Of a stretch of 64,000 nt of DNA, positions 27,510 through 41,900 are shown in pieces (positions within the stretch are counted from its first letter, which is position 1; each line of letters starts with the position of its first letter). The stretch covers positions 198,712,001-198,776,000 of the forward strand of contig NC_086097.1 of the NCBI RefSeq assembly GCF_963921235.1, read 5' to 3'. The DNA comes from Mobula hypostoma (lineage: Eukaryota). The notes under the pieces are model-generated. The model was not told the DNA's origin. It searched no databases and saw nothing but the letters and a program-made list of their open reading frames with translations. The position numbers and the translations under genes were made by a program.

Positions 27510-28050
27510 GATCTTATTAGCACATTCATTATCACTGACATAAGTTTTGTGACAGCATTATAGTGTAAGACATATAAACTTACAAGGTTACTATAAAATT
27601 ACTATATTTTTGTTACAATAAAAATAGTGTAAAAGAAGAGTAATGAATTATTGTTCATGGACCATTCAGATATGAATGAGGGGGAGAAGCTGTTTCTAAA
27701 ATGTTATGTGTGGGTCTTCAGGTTGCTGTACCTCCACCCTGACAGTAGTAATGAGAAGAGGGCATGTCCCAAGTGGTGAGTGTCCTTTTTGCTACGCTGT
27801 CTTTTGAAGATGTCCTCGATGGTAGGGAGGCTTGCACCCACAATGGAGCAGGTTGAGTCTACAAACCTCTGTAGCCTCATTTGATCCTGTGCATTAAGGC
27901 CTCCACAGCAGGCGATGATGCAACCAATCAGTGTGCTCTGCACTGTACATTTGTAGAAATTTGCTAGTCTTTGGTAACATACCAAATCTCCTCAAACTCC
28001 TAGTGAAGTATAGCCACCAATGTCACTTCTTCATGATTGAGTAAATATGT
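27510..28050 (-). mobile_element. Rex/Babar LINE 3' fragment
   Basis: LANFYKCTVQSTLIGCI...LFSLLLSGWRY. Confidence 0.7.
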
Positions 28051-29559
28051 TGGTCCCACAAAGGAGATGATGCAAGAAGGTGGAGTGGCCAAATGTGTAG
28101 GTTGACAAATAAAATTTATGGCTGTAGGAGAGTTAGTGTATTGTGCATTTAAAAAAATGTTGGGGCTATCTACAAGATGGCACTGGATTAAGATGATTGT
28201 CATGCTCTTTGCAGATCTAGTCATCACTTCTATTATTATTGTTCTTCTCTTTTAAATCTAAATACCATGTCTCTAAAAATTACCGATGCACTAATGTGAT
28301 GAAATAACCTGAAAGAAGGCTTTCACATACATCTGGCAATATTAAACCAACTTACTTTAGTGCATAAAATATTTCAGACTGAAGAAATAATTAATGATTT
28401 CAAGGAAATAGGTAGCAATACACAGGAGATGGAGAAGGGTGCCATTTGGAAGATCAGTGGGAACAGATATGATGATCACATTTCTTTATGCAGGGTCTTC
28501 TGATTTGATCTGTGATCAGGTTGTTTAAATGGTTGTTCCACAAGTGATCTCATATTTTAGAGGCAGCAGGGAGGTCACAGTAGGTGTAGCGAGTTAGCTA
28601 TATGTCATCAGCTTGTGCAAATCTGATACTTGGCTTTTACGGAGTAATAGATATGAGAAAGTCAAAGTTAGATCCTTGGGGGATGCTGCAGTTAATAGCT
28701 GTGGGGAATGGAGTTACTTCAGGTGATTCCTAGGCTAAATAAGGATAAATAAAAATAGAAACAAGTGAATGTGGTCCCAGGCAGCTCCACAATTGGTGAA
28801 AGTATAGCTATCAAAGTAGGATTCAATATTATTATTTTAAGAACTGTGGAAGGGACCGGTGTGTTTTAAAGATGGGTCCACGATAACAATTTTGAAAGAT
28901 GAAGGAAAAAGCCAAAGGGAGGTAATAACAATATGAGTAAATACTAGGTTGATGAGAGGTATAATTTTAATGAGATGTTACATTGTATGGGGAGAGGAGA
29001 GTCAAAACTATAGAAAGCACCTTGGAATAGGCAGCTAGTTAAAGGCTTGAGCAATTGGGTTACACTGTGATATGAGATAGGGTCGACGACATTTGTTGAA
29101 GGTATGCAGTAAAAGTTCCTATTGATGCTATTTTTGGAAGGATTTTGACATGACGTGAGGCTCTGAATAATGTATTCGCCACCTCTTGGAGAGGACGAGA
29201 TTCCAGGAAGAAATGTCATCCAACTACTTCTGAATCACTTTGGTCCCTAAGATATGTATTTGCAATCACAAGTTCGAGCTCGTGTATGAAACCTAACATT
29301 TTACCACCAACGCTTAACGCACCCCAGCCTAAAATAAAAAAATTCTGCAATGGACGGATATAGTGAAATAAACTGCAGATGTTGGAAATCTGTCACCTTT
29401 TCCACAGATGTTGTCTGACCCGTTGAGCTTCTCCGGCGTTTACTGTTTTAAAAATCTTGTTACGATGTGATAACACAGGCTGCTAAAGCAGGTTTAACCG
29501 TACGATGGATCATTATTTGCAGCACATCATTCCACAGTTAGTTGGATCATCGACTGTGG

Positions 29560-29900
29560 AGGGAGCAGTGACTAATCACTGTCTCTACACCGACCTACCC
29601 GGGTTCAAACTGCCTGCCTGCTGAGGTCAGGGGTCGGTGTTAAACCAAACAGTTCCGGAGACGGATGGCGGCTAAATTCCCTGCCGTACGGAGGATGGGC
29701 GCCTTCACTTTTATCGGTGAGTCTTTGAACGAAAGTGCAGTCCTTTGGCCGAGGACTTGAGAGGGGACATTTAACATTAGGGAGCGGGCGGCTGCTAATA
29801 GAGGCCTTTCTGTGGGCGGGACTCTTGCCGTTGCTGGTTTTAGCTCTGTAGGCCGCTACCAGTGGTTTCTGCCGCTGGTACTCGGCTCAGGTTGGGATCC
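29560..29900 (+). promoter_or_regulatory. Probable TATDN1 promoter/first-exon CpG-rich region
   Basis: Local GC/CpG enrichment in an AT-rich window; ETS/GABP-like TTCCGG (29653..29658); YY1-like ATGGCGGC (29665..29672); GC boxes downstream. Confidence 0.6.
29695..29716 (+). CDS. TATDN1: TATDN1 coding exon 1 (MGAFTFI + G)
   Basis: Strong Kozak context aggATGG; 22 nt followed by GTGAGT donor; lies in a CpG-richer patch; resembles human MSRFKFID. Confidence 0.88.
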
Positions 29901-32900
29901 AGTCCCTCCAATCACCCTGAGGGACATTACAGCGGAGCACATGTGAGTGGAGCTCCCCCCGCCGAGCCCATCCCAGCCTGGCTGCAGATTGAGTTGCTAA
30001 CGACGTTAACCCACTCTGGCTCATTCAGTAAACCACCTACACCTTCTACCTTGCATTACAACATCACTGAAGGACGTTAAATTTCTTTTCTTTGCCCAGA
30101 ATTGTACTCTGAATTGCCCTCTCCATTGATGTTGACTCATGGGAGATGAACTTTGTCAGAAGCAGGGTAGAATCATGACTTGAAGGTGGTTACTTTGTCC
30201 GAAATGCAGATCTAGATGTGTGTTATTACAGAATTTGCACGAGATGTAACTTTGCAGTAGGATATTTAATTTAAGATCTTTTCAAGAATATAGATGACTT
30301 TAAAGTACTACTACTAACATCAAAATATAAACGGTAGGACAGATAAAATAGGCTAAAAAATGCTGTGCCCTGGAATTATGTTGAAAACTTTGGAGAAAGA
30401 TGAATCTCGGATCCGTGGAGTTTAAACATAAATATTGATTGATATAAGTTAGAAATGGGATGAGTGAAAAAGATATCAAGCTGCATGAATTATTAAGATG
30501 AAAATCGATTTTAATACATTGCATTCTCATCATAACAGGATATAGTTAAAAGCAGAATTACTCTAATATAAGCAATATCGTTGCCATTATTCTGCAACAA
30601 AATTTGTTTACAGCTCTGCTATGGTGATGGGAAAAGTGATAAGAGCACAGTTTGAAAATCCATACAGTATCTCATTTCCATTTACCAAAAAATGTTTTAA
30701 TGACTTTGTGATTTATAAATTATTAACATTTCAGTCAATTGAGAAAGATAAAGAAATGTGTAAGTTATTTCATTTTTGCTTAGAAAGAAAGAGACCTCTG
30801 CTGAATTAAAGGCCTAGTGCCAAGGTTAGGGCTAAACACCTTTTATTTAAATCCACATCATCTTGAATTTTGAATGTAAGCAAACACAGAAAAAACTGGG
30901 GAAATCTGGAGAGCATGTGTGGACAGAGAAACAGTTAATGTTTCAGTTCTGACGCAGAGCTCTGAACTGATGTACTGTACTAACTTTCTATTTCCACAAA
31001 TGCTGTTTGACTTTATGAATGTTTCCAACATTTTATTTTTTTAATTTCAGATTTCCAGCATCTGAAGCCTTTTAAAATTTTTCTTCCTTGACACTGTTTG
31101 TTAGATATTTTAAGTTTAAGATGTTTTATTTTAAGATGATGCGGTTATTCAATAATGCTGCAATCAATGTGTTCCAGTGATAAGAATTTGAAAATTAAGG
31201 CCAATGTCCTGTTATCTTGAATACTTCTAATGAGATTCTACATGACTCTTGCTTGCTTGAAAATTCAATATTATCTAATTATTCTTTACATCTTAGTCTT
31301 CTGATTCTGAAGATTTTTTTTATTGTTCTTTACTGTATTGCCCTGGAGACTGGAATAATTTCTTCTCAAGATTTCAGAACACAGACCATATTCAGAATTG
31401 TGGGTCATCTTATATGATTTGGTAACGAACTGATTGGATTGTAAATCAACTTAGTTCTAACGTAATTGAAATGCTGTGAAGTCAACGTGATTAGCATAAT
31501 TTTGAGGGGAAAGATTTAAGAGGGAACTGGTAAGCATTTTTTTTCCCACCCAGAACATGGAAAGTGTATGGAACAAGCTGCAGAGGAAGCTGAAGAGGTG
31601 ATTACAATTGCAGCTTTTTGAAGACATGTAGGCAGATACAGTACATGTACAGGAAGGGTTTGGGATATGGGTCAAATGGAGGCAAATAGGACTAGCTCAG
31701 GTAGACATGGTCAGCATGAACAAGTTGGGTCTGCTTATGTGCTGTATGACTATGATGAAATTGGTGCATTGTAATCCTGTCTTAAATTCTGTTTGCCAAA
31801 TAAGTTTGAAAGAATATTTACTCACTTTGACTTGTAAACCCATCGGCTAAAATATAGCAAACTGTTAAAAGACTACAACATGTCGAGCAGTAACAGTAGA
31901 GGCAAAGGGAGCATCGATATTTGAGTTGAAACTGTATCAGAACTTTTCCTCAGTGCTTGTCTTTGTTTAATCCTCCAGGCTACAGTATAGCCGCTGTCTT
32001 GCCTTCTTTATAACTATATCGATTTGTTGGGACCAGGTTAGATCCTCAGAGATCTTGACACTCAGGAACTTGAAGCTGCACACTCTCCACTTCTGATCCC
32101 TCTATGAGGATTGGTATGTGTTCCTTCATCTTACCCTTCCTGAAGTCCACAATCAGCTCTTTCATCTTACTGAAGTTGAGTGCCAGGTTGTTGCTGCAGC
32201 ACCACTCCACTAGTTGGCAAATTTCACTCCTGTACGCCCTCTCATCATCACCTGCGATTCTACCAACAGTGGTTGTATTGTCAACAAATTTATAGATGGT
32301 ATTTGAGCTATGCCTAGCCTCAGAGTCGTGTATATAGAGAGTAGAGCAGTGGGCTAAGCACACACTCCTGAGGTGCACCAGTGTTGATTGTCAGCGAGGA
32401 GGATATGTTATCACCAATCCGCATAGACTGTGGTCTTCTAGTTAGGAAGTCAAGGATCCAATTGCAGAGGGAGGTGCAGAGGCCCAGGTTCTGCAACTTC
32501 TCAGTCAGGATTGTGGGAGTGATGGTATTAAATGCTGAGCTACAGTCGAAGAACAGCATCCTGATGTTGGTGTTTGTGTTGTTTGGGTGGTCTAAAGCTG
32601 TGTGGAAAGCCATTGAGATTGCCTCTGCCCATTGACCTATTGTGGTGATAGGCAAATTGCAATGGGTCCAGGTCCTGCTGAGGCAGGAGTTCAGTCTAGT
32701 CACGACCAACCTCTCAAAGCATTTCGTCACTGTTGATGTGAGTGCTACCAGGCGATAGTCATTAAGGCAGCTTAGGCACTGGTGTAATTGTTGCCTTTTT
32801 GAAGCAAGTGGAAACTTCTGCCCCTAGCAGTGAGAGGTTGAAAATGTCCTTGAATACTCCAGCTCGTTGGTTGGCACAGGTTTTCAGAGCCTTACCAGGT

Positions 32901-35900
32901 ACTCCATCAGGACCTTCCACCTTGTGAGGGTTCACTCTCTTTTGAAGATAGCTTAACATCAGCCTCTGAGTCAGATATCACAGGGTCATCAGGTGCAGCT
33001 GGGTTCTTCACAGCTGTAGTTGTGTTCTCCCTTTCAAAGCGTGCATAGAAGGCATTGGGAATGGAGATGAGGAGGAAATTCTTTAGTCAGAGGATGGTGA
33101 ATCTGTGGAATTCTTTGCCACAAGCAGTTGTGGAGGCCAAGTCTTTATGTATATTTAAGAGAGAGGTTGAATTGGTCAGGATTGGTCAGGGCATGAAGAG
33201 GTACAGGGAGAATGCAGGAGATTGGGGCTGAAAGGAAAATTGGATCAGCCATGATGAAATGTCGGAGCAGATGTGATGAGCCAAATGGCCTAATTCTGCT
33301 CCTATATCTTATGGTCTAATACATTTTAGTTTACTCAATCTGTTCTCATGGTACATTGGCCATTTTTGGAACCAATCTGCTAAATATACATTACATTTCC
33401 TGAATGGCATTTTTTTTTAAGGAGACCAGTCATAACTGTACATAACTGTAGATGGTAAACAAAAGAAAATCTGCGGATGCTGGAAATCCGAGCAACACAC
33501 AAAAAAGGCTGGAAGAACTCAGCAGGCCAGTCAGCATCTATGGAAAAGAGTACAGTCATAGATGCTGCCTGACCTGCCGAGTTCCTCCAGCATTTTGTGT
33601 GTATAACTGTGGATGGAGTTCTTCTGGTAAAATGGCGGGGTGCTCGGAGGCAGCAGCCACTCTTCATCCAATCGAAGGTGTATTTGTTTGCCTTGCATGT
33701 CTTTTTTACAGTTGCAAATCACTGTTGGATACTAAGAACATCAAGTACTGCAGGACTATGCCACCAGTGAGTTACTCAATAGCGATGGAGCTAGACTTGC
33801 TGTATATCATTGTTGTGTTGTTGCCCTGGAGCTGTTGTGCTGAGACAGTGTGCGGTCCAAAAAAAATGTGCAAGTGATGGCCTTGGACATTTTGTGATTG
33901 CAAGAGCCTATTGGACATTGGTAACACAGAATACTGCAAATCCAATTCACTGGTTCATTGGTGACACTGTTGATGGGGGAGCTGCATTGCCTTGATTATG
34001 GCTTGGGCTAGGCCCAATCCGCGAAAACCGACCAGGAGAGGGGACACCAAGGTGATGTGGGAGAACCTCTATGGAGCGCTCTGTAATCCGTACTTGGGTT
34101 GGAGACTGGCCACTGCCGCCAGTGCTCCCTACGGTGTTCACTCTGTGCTGCTCTTCAGTGTTCGTTCGATGGAAGAACAACTTGCCATCAATTCTATAGT
34201 CATGCCACTCAGGGACTTGGGCTATTTTTTTTGTTTTTCTTAAATTGTAACCATATGTGTTTTTTTTTGCTATGTGCAATGTGTTGTGCGCTATTGGTAA
34301 TGCGTGGCCCTGGAAAATGCTGTTTCGTTTGGCTGTATTCATGTACAGTTATACTTGAACTTGATACTCAAATGTAGTTTCACAAAAGACTTGTATAATT
34401 GCAAAAAAAAATCTGTTGTACCTGCATGTCAGCTTTCAATAATGTGTGTTGAAGAACACTTTGTTTCCTTTGTCGTAGTATTGTCAGTTAAAAAATGGTC
34501 TGCTTTTCTGTTTTCTGCACAAAATGTTCTTGTATGTTTCCACATTATACTTCATCTGGTATGTTCTCACCCACTCACTTGTTCTCTTTATATGCTCTAT
34601 TCGATCACAATTCCACCTTATTGTTATTAAACCCAGAATTCACATTTGACTCCAAGACATATTGTGGATATTGATTCTCTGCTGCCTGACAAATCACAGC
34701 CTGTTAACCAACAAAAGACCTGTTTATTTCCACTCCTAGTTTTCTGCCTTTGGACGCATGTTGTAATATTTCCTCTCCACTTCCATGTGATTTAAACTTA
34801 ACCTCCTGTAAGGGATCCTAGTGAAAGATTTCTGAACATCTAAAGTGTACCACGTTCTTACCTATGCTATTAGATACGTTGTCAGGGAATTCCGATAGAT
34901 TAATCAAGCATGGTTTCTGTTTCGTGATTCCATACTGAATTTGCACAATCCTATGATGTTTCAAGACAACACACACAAAATGCTGGAGGAACTCAGCAGG
35001 CCAGGCTGCATCTAGGAAAAGAGTACAGTTGATGTTTTTGGGCCGAAACCCTTTGGCAGGACTGGAGAGAAAAAGCTGAGGAGTATATTTAAAAAGTGGG
35101 GGGGGGGGGGTGGAGGCAGGGGAGAGAGAAACACAAGGTGATAGGTGTATCCTGAAGAGGGAGGGGATGAAGTAAAGAGCTGGAAAGTAAATTGGTGAAA
35201 GAAACAGAAGGCCATAGAGGAAAGAAAAGGCAGAAGAAGCACCGGAGGGAGGTAATGGGCAGGCAAGGAGAGAATTTATTGTGTTACTTTTTTTCTCTGC
35301 TCCTCATTGGATTCCATATGTATTGCCTTGAATCTCTGCCCTCTGGTTATTGACCTTTCTGGTAAAAAGAGTAGGAAACAGACAAGACTTTCCATCAGTT
35401 GATTTTTAGAAACAGAATGTTAGTGCTAAGATGAATGAGGTATTCTGATTTTTTTTTTCAACTGAATTCTCACTATTGTTATACTCACAGGTATTGATCT
35501 GTAAGCATAACTGTTGGTTAAGTAGTCTGTACGACAGCTCTCCTAGTTTAGAACACGGGGTTCTGCAGATGCTGAGAATCCAGAGCAACACATGCAGTGG
35601 CATGCAAAAGTTTGGGCACCCCTGGTCAAAATTTATGTTCCGGTGAATAGCTAAGCGAGTAAAAGATGACCTGATTTCCGAAAGGTATAAAGTTAAAGAT
35701 GACACATTTCTTTAATATTTTAAGCAAGATTACTTTTTTATTTCCATCTTTTACAGTTTCAAAATAACAAAAAAGGAGAACAGCCCAAAGCAAAGGTTTG
35801 GGCACCCTGCATGGTTAGTACTTAGTAACACACCCTTTGGCAAGTATCACAGCTTGTAAACGCTTTCTATAGCCAGCTAAGAGTCTTTCAATTCTTGTTT

Positions 35901-38900
35901 GGGGGACTTTCACCCATTCTTCCTTGCAAAAGGCTTCTAGTTCTGTGAGATTCTTGGGCCGTCTTGCATGCACTGCTCTTTTGAGGTCTATCCACAGATT
36001 CTCGATGATGTTTAGGTCGGGGAACTGTGAGGGCCATGGCAAAACCTTCAGCCTGCGCCTCTTGAGGTAGTCCATTGTGGATTTTGAGGTGTGTTTAGGA
36101 TCATTATCCTGTTGTAGAAGCCATCCTCTTTTCATCTTCATCTTTTTTTACAGATGGTGTGATGTTTGCTTCAAGAACTTGCTGGTATTTAATTGAATTC
36201 ATTCTTCCTTCTACTAGTGAAATGTTCCCTGTGCCACTGGCTTCAACACAAGCCCAAAGCATGATTGATCCACCCCTGTGCTTAACAGTTGGAGAGGTGT
36301 TCTTTTCATGAAATTCTGCACCCTTTTTTCCCCAAACATACCTTTGCTCATTGCGGCCAAAAAGTTCTACTTTAACTTCATCAGTCCACAGTCCAAAATG
36401 CATCAGGCTTGTTTAGATGTTCCTTTGCAAACTTCTGATGCTGAATTTTGTGGTGAGGATACCGGAAAGATTTTCTTCTGATGACTCTTCCATGAAGGTC
36501 ATATTTGTGCAGGTGTCACTGCACATTAGAACAGTGCACCACCACTCCAGAGTGCGCTAAATCTTCCTGAAGGTCTTTTGCAGTCAAACGGGGGTTTTGA
36601 TTTGCCTTTCTAGCAATCCTGTGAGCAGTTCTCTCGGAAGGTTTTCTTGGTCTTCCAGACCTCAACTTGACCTCCACCATTCCTGTTAACTGCCATTTCT
36701 TAATTACATTACGAACTGAGGAAACGGCTTCCTGAAAATGCCTTGCTATCTTCTTATAGCCTTCTCCTGCTTTGTGGGCATCATTTATTTTAATTTTCAG
36801 AGTGCTAGGCAGCTGCTTAGAGGAGCCCATGGCTGCTGATTGTTGGGACAAGGTTTGAGCGGTCAGGGTATTTATAAAGCTTTGAAATTTGCATCACCTG
36901 GCCTTTCCTAACGATGACAGTGAACAAGCCATAGCCCTAACAAGCTAATTAAGGTCTGAGACCTTGGTAAAAGTTATCTGAGAGCTCAAATCTTTTGGGG
37001 TGCCCAAACTTTTGCATGGTGCTCCTTTTTTTTCCACTCTAAAATTGTACAAAACAAAAATAATACACTAATCTTGATTAAAATGTTGAAAAGAATGTTT
37101 CGTCTTTAACTTTATGACTTTTGGAGATCAGTTCATCTTCTACTCACTTAACTATTCACAGTAACAGGAATTTTGACCGGGGTGCCCAAAATTTTGGATG
37201 CCACTGTACATAATGTTGGAGGAACTCAGTAGGTCAGATATCTATGGAGGGGAACAAACAACCAATGTTTTGGGCTGAGACTGGAAAGAAAGGGAGAAGA
37301 AGCCAGAATTAAAAGGTAGTGGGGGAGGGGAATGAGTACAAGCCAACAGGTGAAACCAGGTGAGGGAGGGGAAATGAAGTAAGAAGCTCGGAGGTTATAG
37401 GTAGAAAGGTAAATGGCTGAAGGAGGAGAAATCTGATAGGTGAGGACAATGGACCATGGAAGAAAGGGAAGAAGGAAGGGCATCAGAAGGAGGTGATGGG
37501 CAGGTGAGGAGAAAAGAGGGGGTAAAAAGTGAGCCAAAATGGAGAATGGAAAAATAGGGAAGGGGTAGGGGGAGAAATTACCAGAAGTTAGTGAAATTGA
37601 TATTCGTTCCATTAGGTTGGTGACTACCCAGAAAGTTATGAGGTGTTGTTCTTCCAACCTCAGAGTGGCTTTTTCGCGGTAGTAGAGGAGGCATGGACTG
37701 ACATATCGAAATGGATAAATGGAAGTAGAATTTAAATGGTTGCTGCACAAGTGATCTCACATTTTAGGTGCAGCAGGGAGGTTATGGTAGGTGTATATTT
37801 ATATCTAAGACAAGGTTGGGTAGATTTTTGCATAGAAGGAGAATTAAGGGTTATGGGGAAAAGGCAGGGAGGTGGAGATGAGTCCATGGCCAGATCAGCC
37901 ATGATTTTATTGAACGGTGGAGCACACTTAACAGGCCAGATGGCCTACTCCTGCTCCTATTTCTTATGTTCTAATGTAGCTACATGTCATCAATTTGTAC
38001 AAATTTGATTTTTTGCTTTTAGACCATTAGACATGGGAGCAGAATTAAGACATCTGGCCCATCGAGTCTGCTCTGCCATTCAATCATGATTGATCCTTTT
38101 TTTTAATCTCCTCCACCCCAGTTCCCGGCCTTCTCCCTGTAACCTTTCATGCCATGTCCAATCAAGAACCTATCAAACTCTGCCTTAAATACACTCAATG
38201 ACCTGGCCTCCACAGCAGCATGTGGCAACAAATTCCACAAATTCACCACCCTTTGGCTAAAGAAATTTCTCTGCATCTCTGTTTTGAAAGGGTGCCCCTC
38301 TAACTTGAGGCTGTGCCCCCTTGTCCTAGACTCTCCCACCATGAGAAACGTCCTTTCCACATCTACTCTGTCCAGGCCTTTCAACATTCTAAAGGTTTCA
38401 ATGAGATCTCCCCTTCTTCTTTTTGAATTCCAGCGAGTACGGTCCCAGAACCATCAAATGTTCCTCGTATGATAAACCTTTAATTCCTGGAATCATCCTT
38501 GTGAACCTCCTCTGGACCCTCTCCATTGCCAGCACATCTTTTCTAAGATGAGGAGCCCAAAACTGTTCTCAATACTCAAGGTGAGGCCTCACCGGTACCT
38601 TATAAAGCCTCAGCATCACATCCTTGCTCTTGTATTCTAGACCTCTTGAAATAAATGCTAACATGACATTTGCCTTCCTCACCACTAACTCAACCTGCAT
38701 GTTAACCTTTAGGGTGTTCTGCACAGGGACTCCCAAGTCTGTCTGCATCTTAGATTCCTGGATTTTCTCCCCATTTAGAAAATAGTCCGCACATTTATTT
38801 CTGCTACCAAAGTGCATGACCCTGCATTTTCCAACATTATATTTCATTTGCCACTTCCTTGCCCATTCTTCTAATCTGTCTAAGTCCTTCTGCATCCTAC

Positions 38901-41900
38901 CTGTTTCCTCAAGAGTACCTACTGCTCCACCAATCTTCGTATCATCTGCAAACTTGGCAACAAAGCCATCTATTTCCATCATCTAAATCATTTATATACA
39001 ACATAAAAAGAAGTGGTTCCAACACTGACCCCTGCGGAACACCACTAGTCACTGGCAGCCAACCAGAAAAGGATCCTTTTATTCCCACTCACTGCCTCCT
39101 ACCAATCAGCCAATGCTCTAACCATCGTAGTAACTTTCCTGTAATACCATGGGCTCTTAACTTGGTAAGCAGCCTTATGTGTGGCACCTTGTCAAAGGCC
39201 TTCTGAAAGTCCAAATATACAACATCCCTTTATCTATCCTACTTGTAATCTCCTCAAAGAATTCCAAGGCTCATCAGGCAGGATTTTCCCTGAAGGAAAT
39301 CAAGCTGACTTTGTACTATCTTGTCTGTGTCACCAAATACTCCATCACTTCATCCTTAACAATTGACTCTAACATCTTCCCAACCTCTGAGGTCAGGCTA
39401 ACTGGTCTATAATTTCCTTTCTGCTGCCTTCCTCCTTTCTTAAAGGTTGGAGTAACATTTGCAGTTTTCCAGTCCTCTGGCACCATGCCAAAGTCCAATG
39501 ATTTTTGAAAGATCATTTCTCTTTTTTTGGCGTGTGCCTGCATGCGTGCGAGTTTGTGCATGATGTCTTTTTCATGGCTTTTACAAGGCGCGGAGCGAGA
39601 GAGAGACTGTGTGGTGCGCCACTCCTCACACAGATATTTTCACAGTATTTTTCCCTTTGTTTTATGAGGTCGAGTCGCGATCTCGACACTCAACCCGGCA
39701 CGGATGGAAAGCGTACTTGGGAGCGGACCCGACTGATTTCGAACCCGGGAACCTCCGCTCCCGAGACTGGCACCAATGTCATTGTGCCACCAGCTGGCCC
39801 AGAAAAATCATTTCTAATGCCACCACAATCTCTAATGCTACCTCTTTCAGAACCCTGGGGTGCAGTTCCTCTGGTCTGGGTGACTTATGTACCTTTAGGT
39901 CTTTCAGCTTTTTGAGCATCTTCTCCATTGTTATAGGAACTGCACCCACTTCACTTCCTTCACACACTACAACATCAGGCATACTGCTAATGTCTTCCAC
40001 TGTGAAGACCGACACAAAATACTGATGTATACTTTCTACTTTATACTTTATTGTCGCCAAACAATTGATACTAGAACGTACAATCTTCTCAGCGATATTT
40101 GATTCTGCGCTTCCCACTCCCTGGATTACAAATATTAAATATTAAAAATAGTAAAAATTAGTAAATATTAAAAATTTAAATTATAAATCATAAATAGAAA
40201 ATAGAAAAATGGAAAGTAAGGTATTGCAAAAAAGACCGAGAGGCAGGTCTGGATATTTGGAGGGTACGGCCCAGATCTGGGTCAGGATCCGTTCAGCAGT
40301 CTCATCACAGTTGGAAAGAAGCTGTTCCCAAATCTGGCCGTATGAGTCTTCAAGCTCCTGAGCCTTCTCCTGGAGGGAAGAGGGACGAAAAGTGTGTTGG
40401 CTGGGTGGGTCATGTCCTTGATTACCCTGGCAGCACTGCTCCGACAGCGTGGGGTGTAAGGTGAGTCCAAGGACGGAAGATTGGTTTGTGTGATGTGCTG
40501 CGCCGTGTTCACGATCTTCTGCAGCTTCTTTCGGTCTTGGACAGGACAACTTCCATACCAGGTTGTTGTGATGCACCCTAGAAGAATGCTTTCTATGGTG
40601 CATCTATAAAAATTAGTGAGGGTTTTAGGGAACAGGCCAAATTTCTTTAGTTTTCTCAGGAAGTAAAGGCGCTGGTGGGCCTTCTTGGCAGTGAACTCCT
40701 CTTGGTTGGACCATGTCAGGTCATTTGTGATATTGACCCCGAGGAACTTAAAGCTTTTGACCTGTTCCACTTGCGCACCACCGATGTAAATTGGGTCGTG
40801 CGATCCACTACTCCTTCCGAAGTCAACAACCAATTCCTTTGTCTTGCTGACGTTGAGGGATAGGTTATTGTCTTCGCACCATGCCACCAGGTTCTTAACT
40901 TCCTCTCTGTACTCAAACTCATCATTACCCGAGACACGGCCTACAATTGTTGTGTCATCAGCAAACTTATATATTGAGTTTGATGGAGACTTGGCTACAC
41001 AATCATGGGTGTAGAGTGAGTACAGCAGGGGGCTGAGTACACAGCCTTGTGGGGCACCGACGCTCAGAGTGATTGTAGAGGAGAGCTTGTCCCCTATTTT
41101 TACAGCCTGGGTCCTGTCTGTGAGGAAGTTGAAGATCCAGCTGCAGATCTGAGTGCTAAGGCCCAGGTTCCGGAGCTTAGGAATCAGTTTATTTGGAATG
41201 ATGATATTAAAGGCAGAGCTGTAGTCAATGCAAAGGAGCCTTACATATGCATCTTTATTCTCCAGATGTTCTAAGGAGGAATGTAGGGCCAGAGAGATGG
41301 CATCTGCCGTTGACCTGTTGCTCCTGTAGGCGAATTGCAAAGCGTCGAGGTTGACCGGTAGGCTGTGGTTGGTGTGTGCCATAACCAATCTCTCAAAGCA
41401 CTTCATAGCAATTGATGTCAGAGCCACAGGTCAATAGTCATTCAGGCATGCCACCTTGCTCTTCTTCGGCACTGGGATTATCGTTGCCTTCTTAAAACAC
41501 GAGGGGATCTTAGACTGAAGCAAGGAGCACTTGAAGATATCAGCAAACACTCCAGCTAGCTCGCTTACACAGGCCTGGAGAACCCATCCCGGGACGCCAT
41601 CTGGGCCCGTCGCCTTCCTTGGATTTATCTTCAGGAAGGTCCTTCTAACGTCCTCCTCAGTGACGATGAATCTTGATGTCACCAGGTCCGGTTCATCCAG
41701 AGGGAGTGGGACGCACCTCTTTTGTTCGAATTTTGCGTAGAATACGTTAAGTTCATCAGGAAGAGAAGCCCCACAGTTATTAGTTATTGATTTAGTTCAT
41801 CAGCTACCTCCTTGTCCCCTGTTACTATTTCTCCTGCCTCATTTTCTGGCGGTCCTATATCCATTCTCACTTCTCTTTTATTTTCAACATACTTGAAAAA

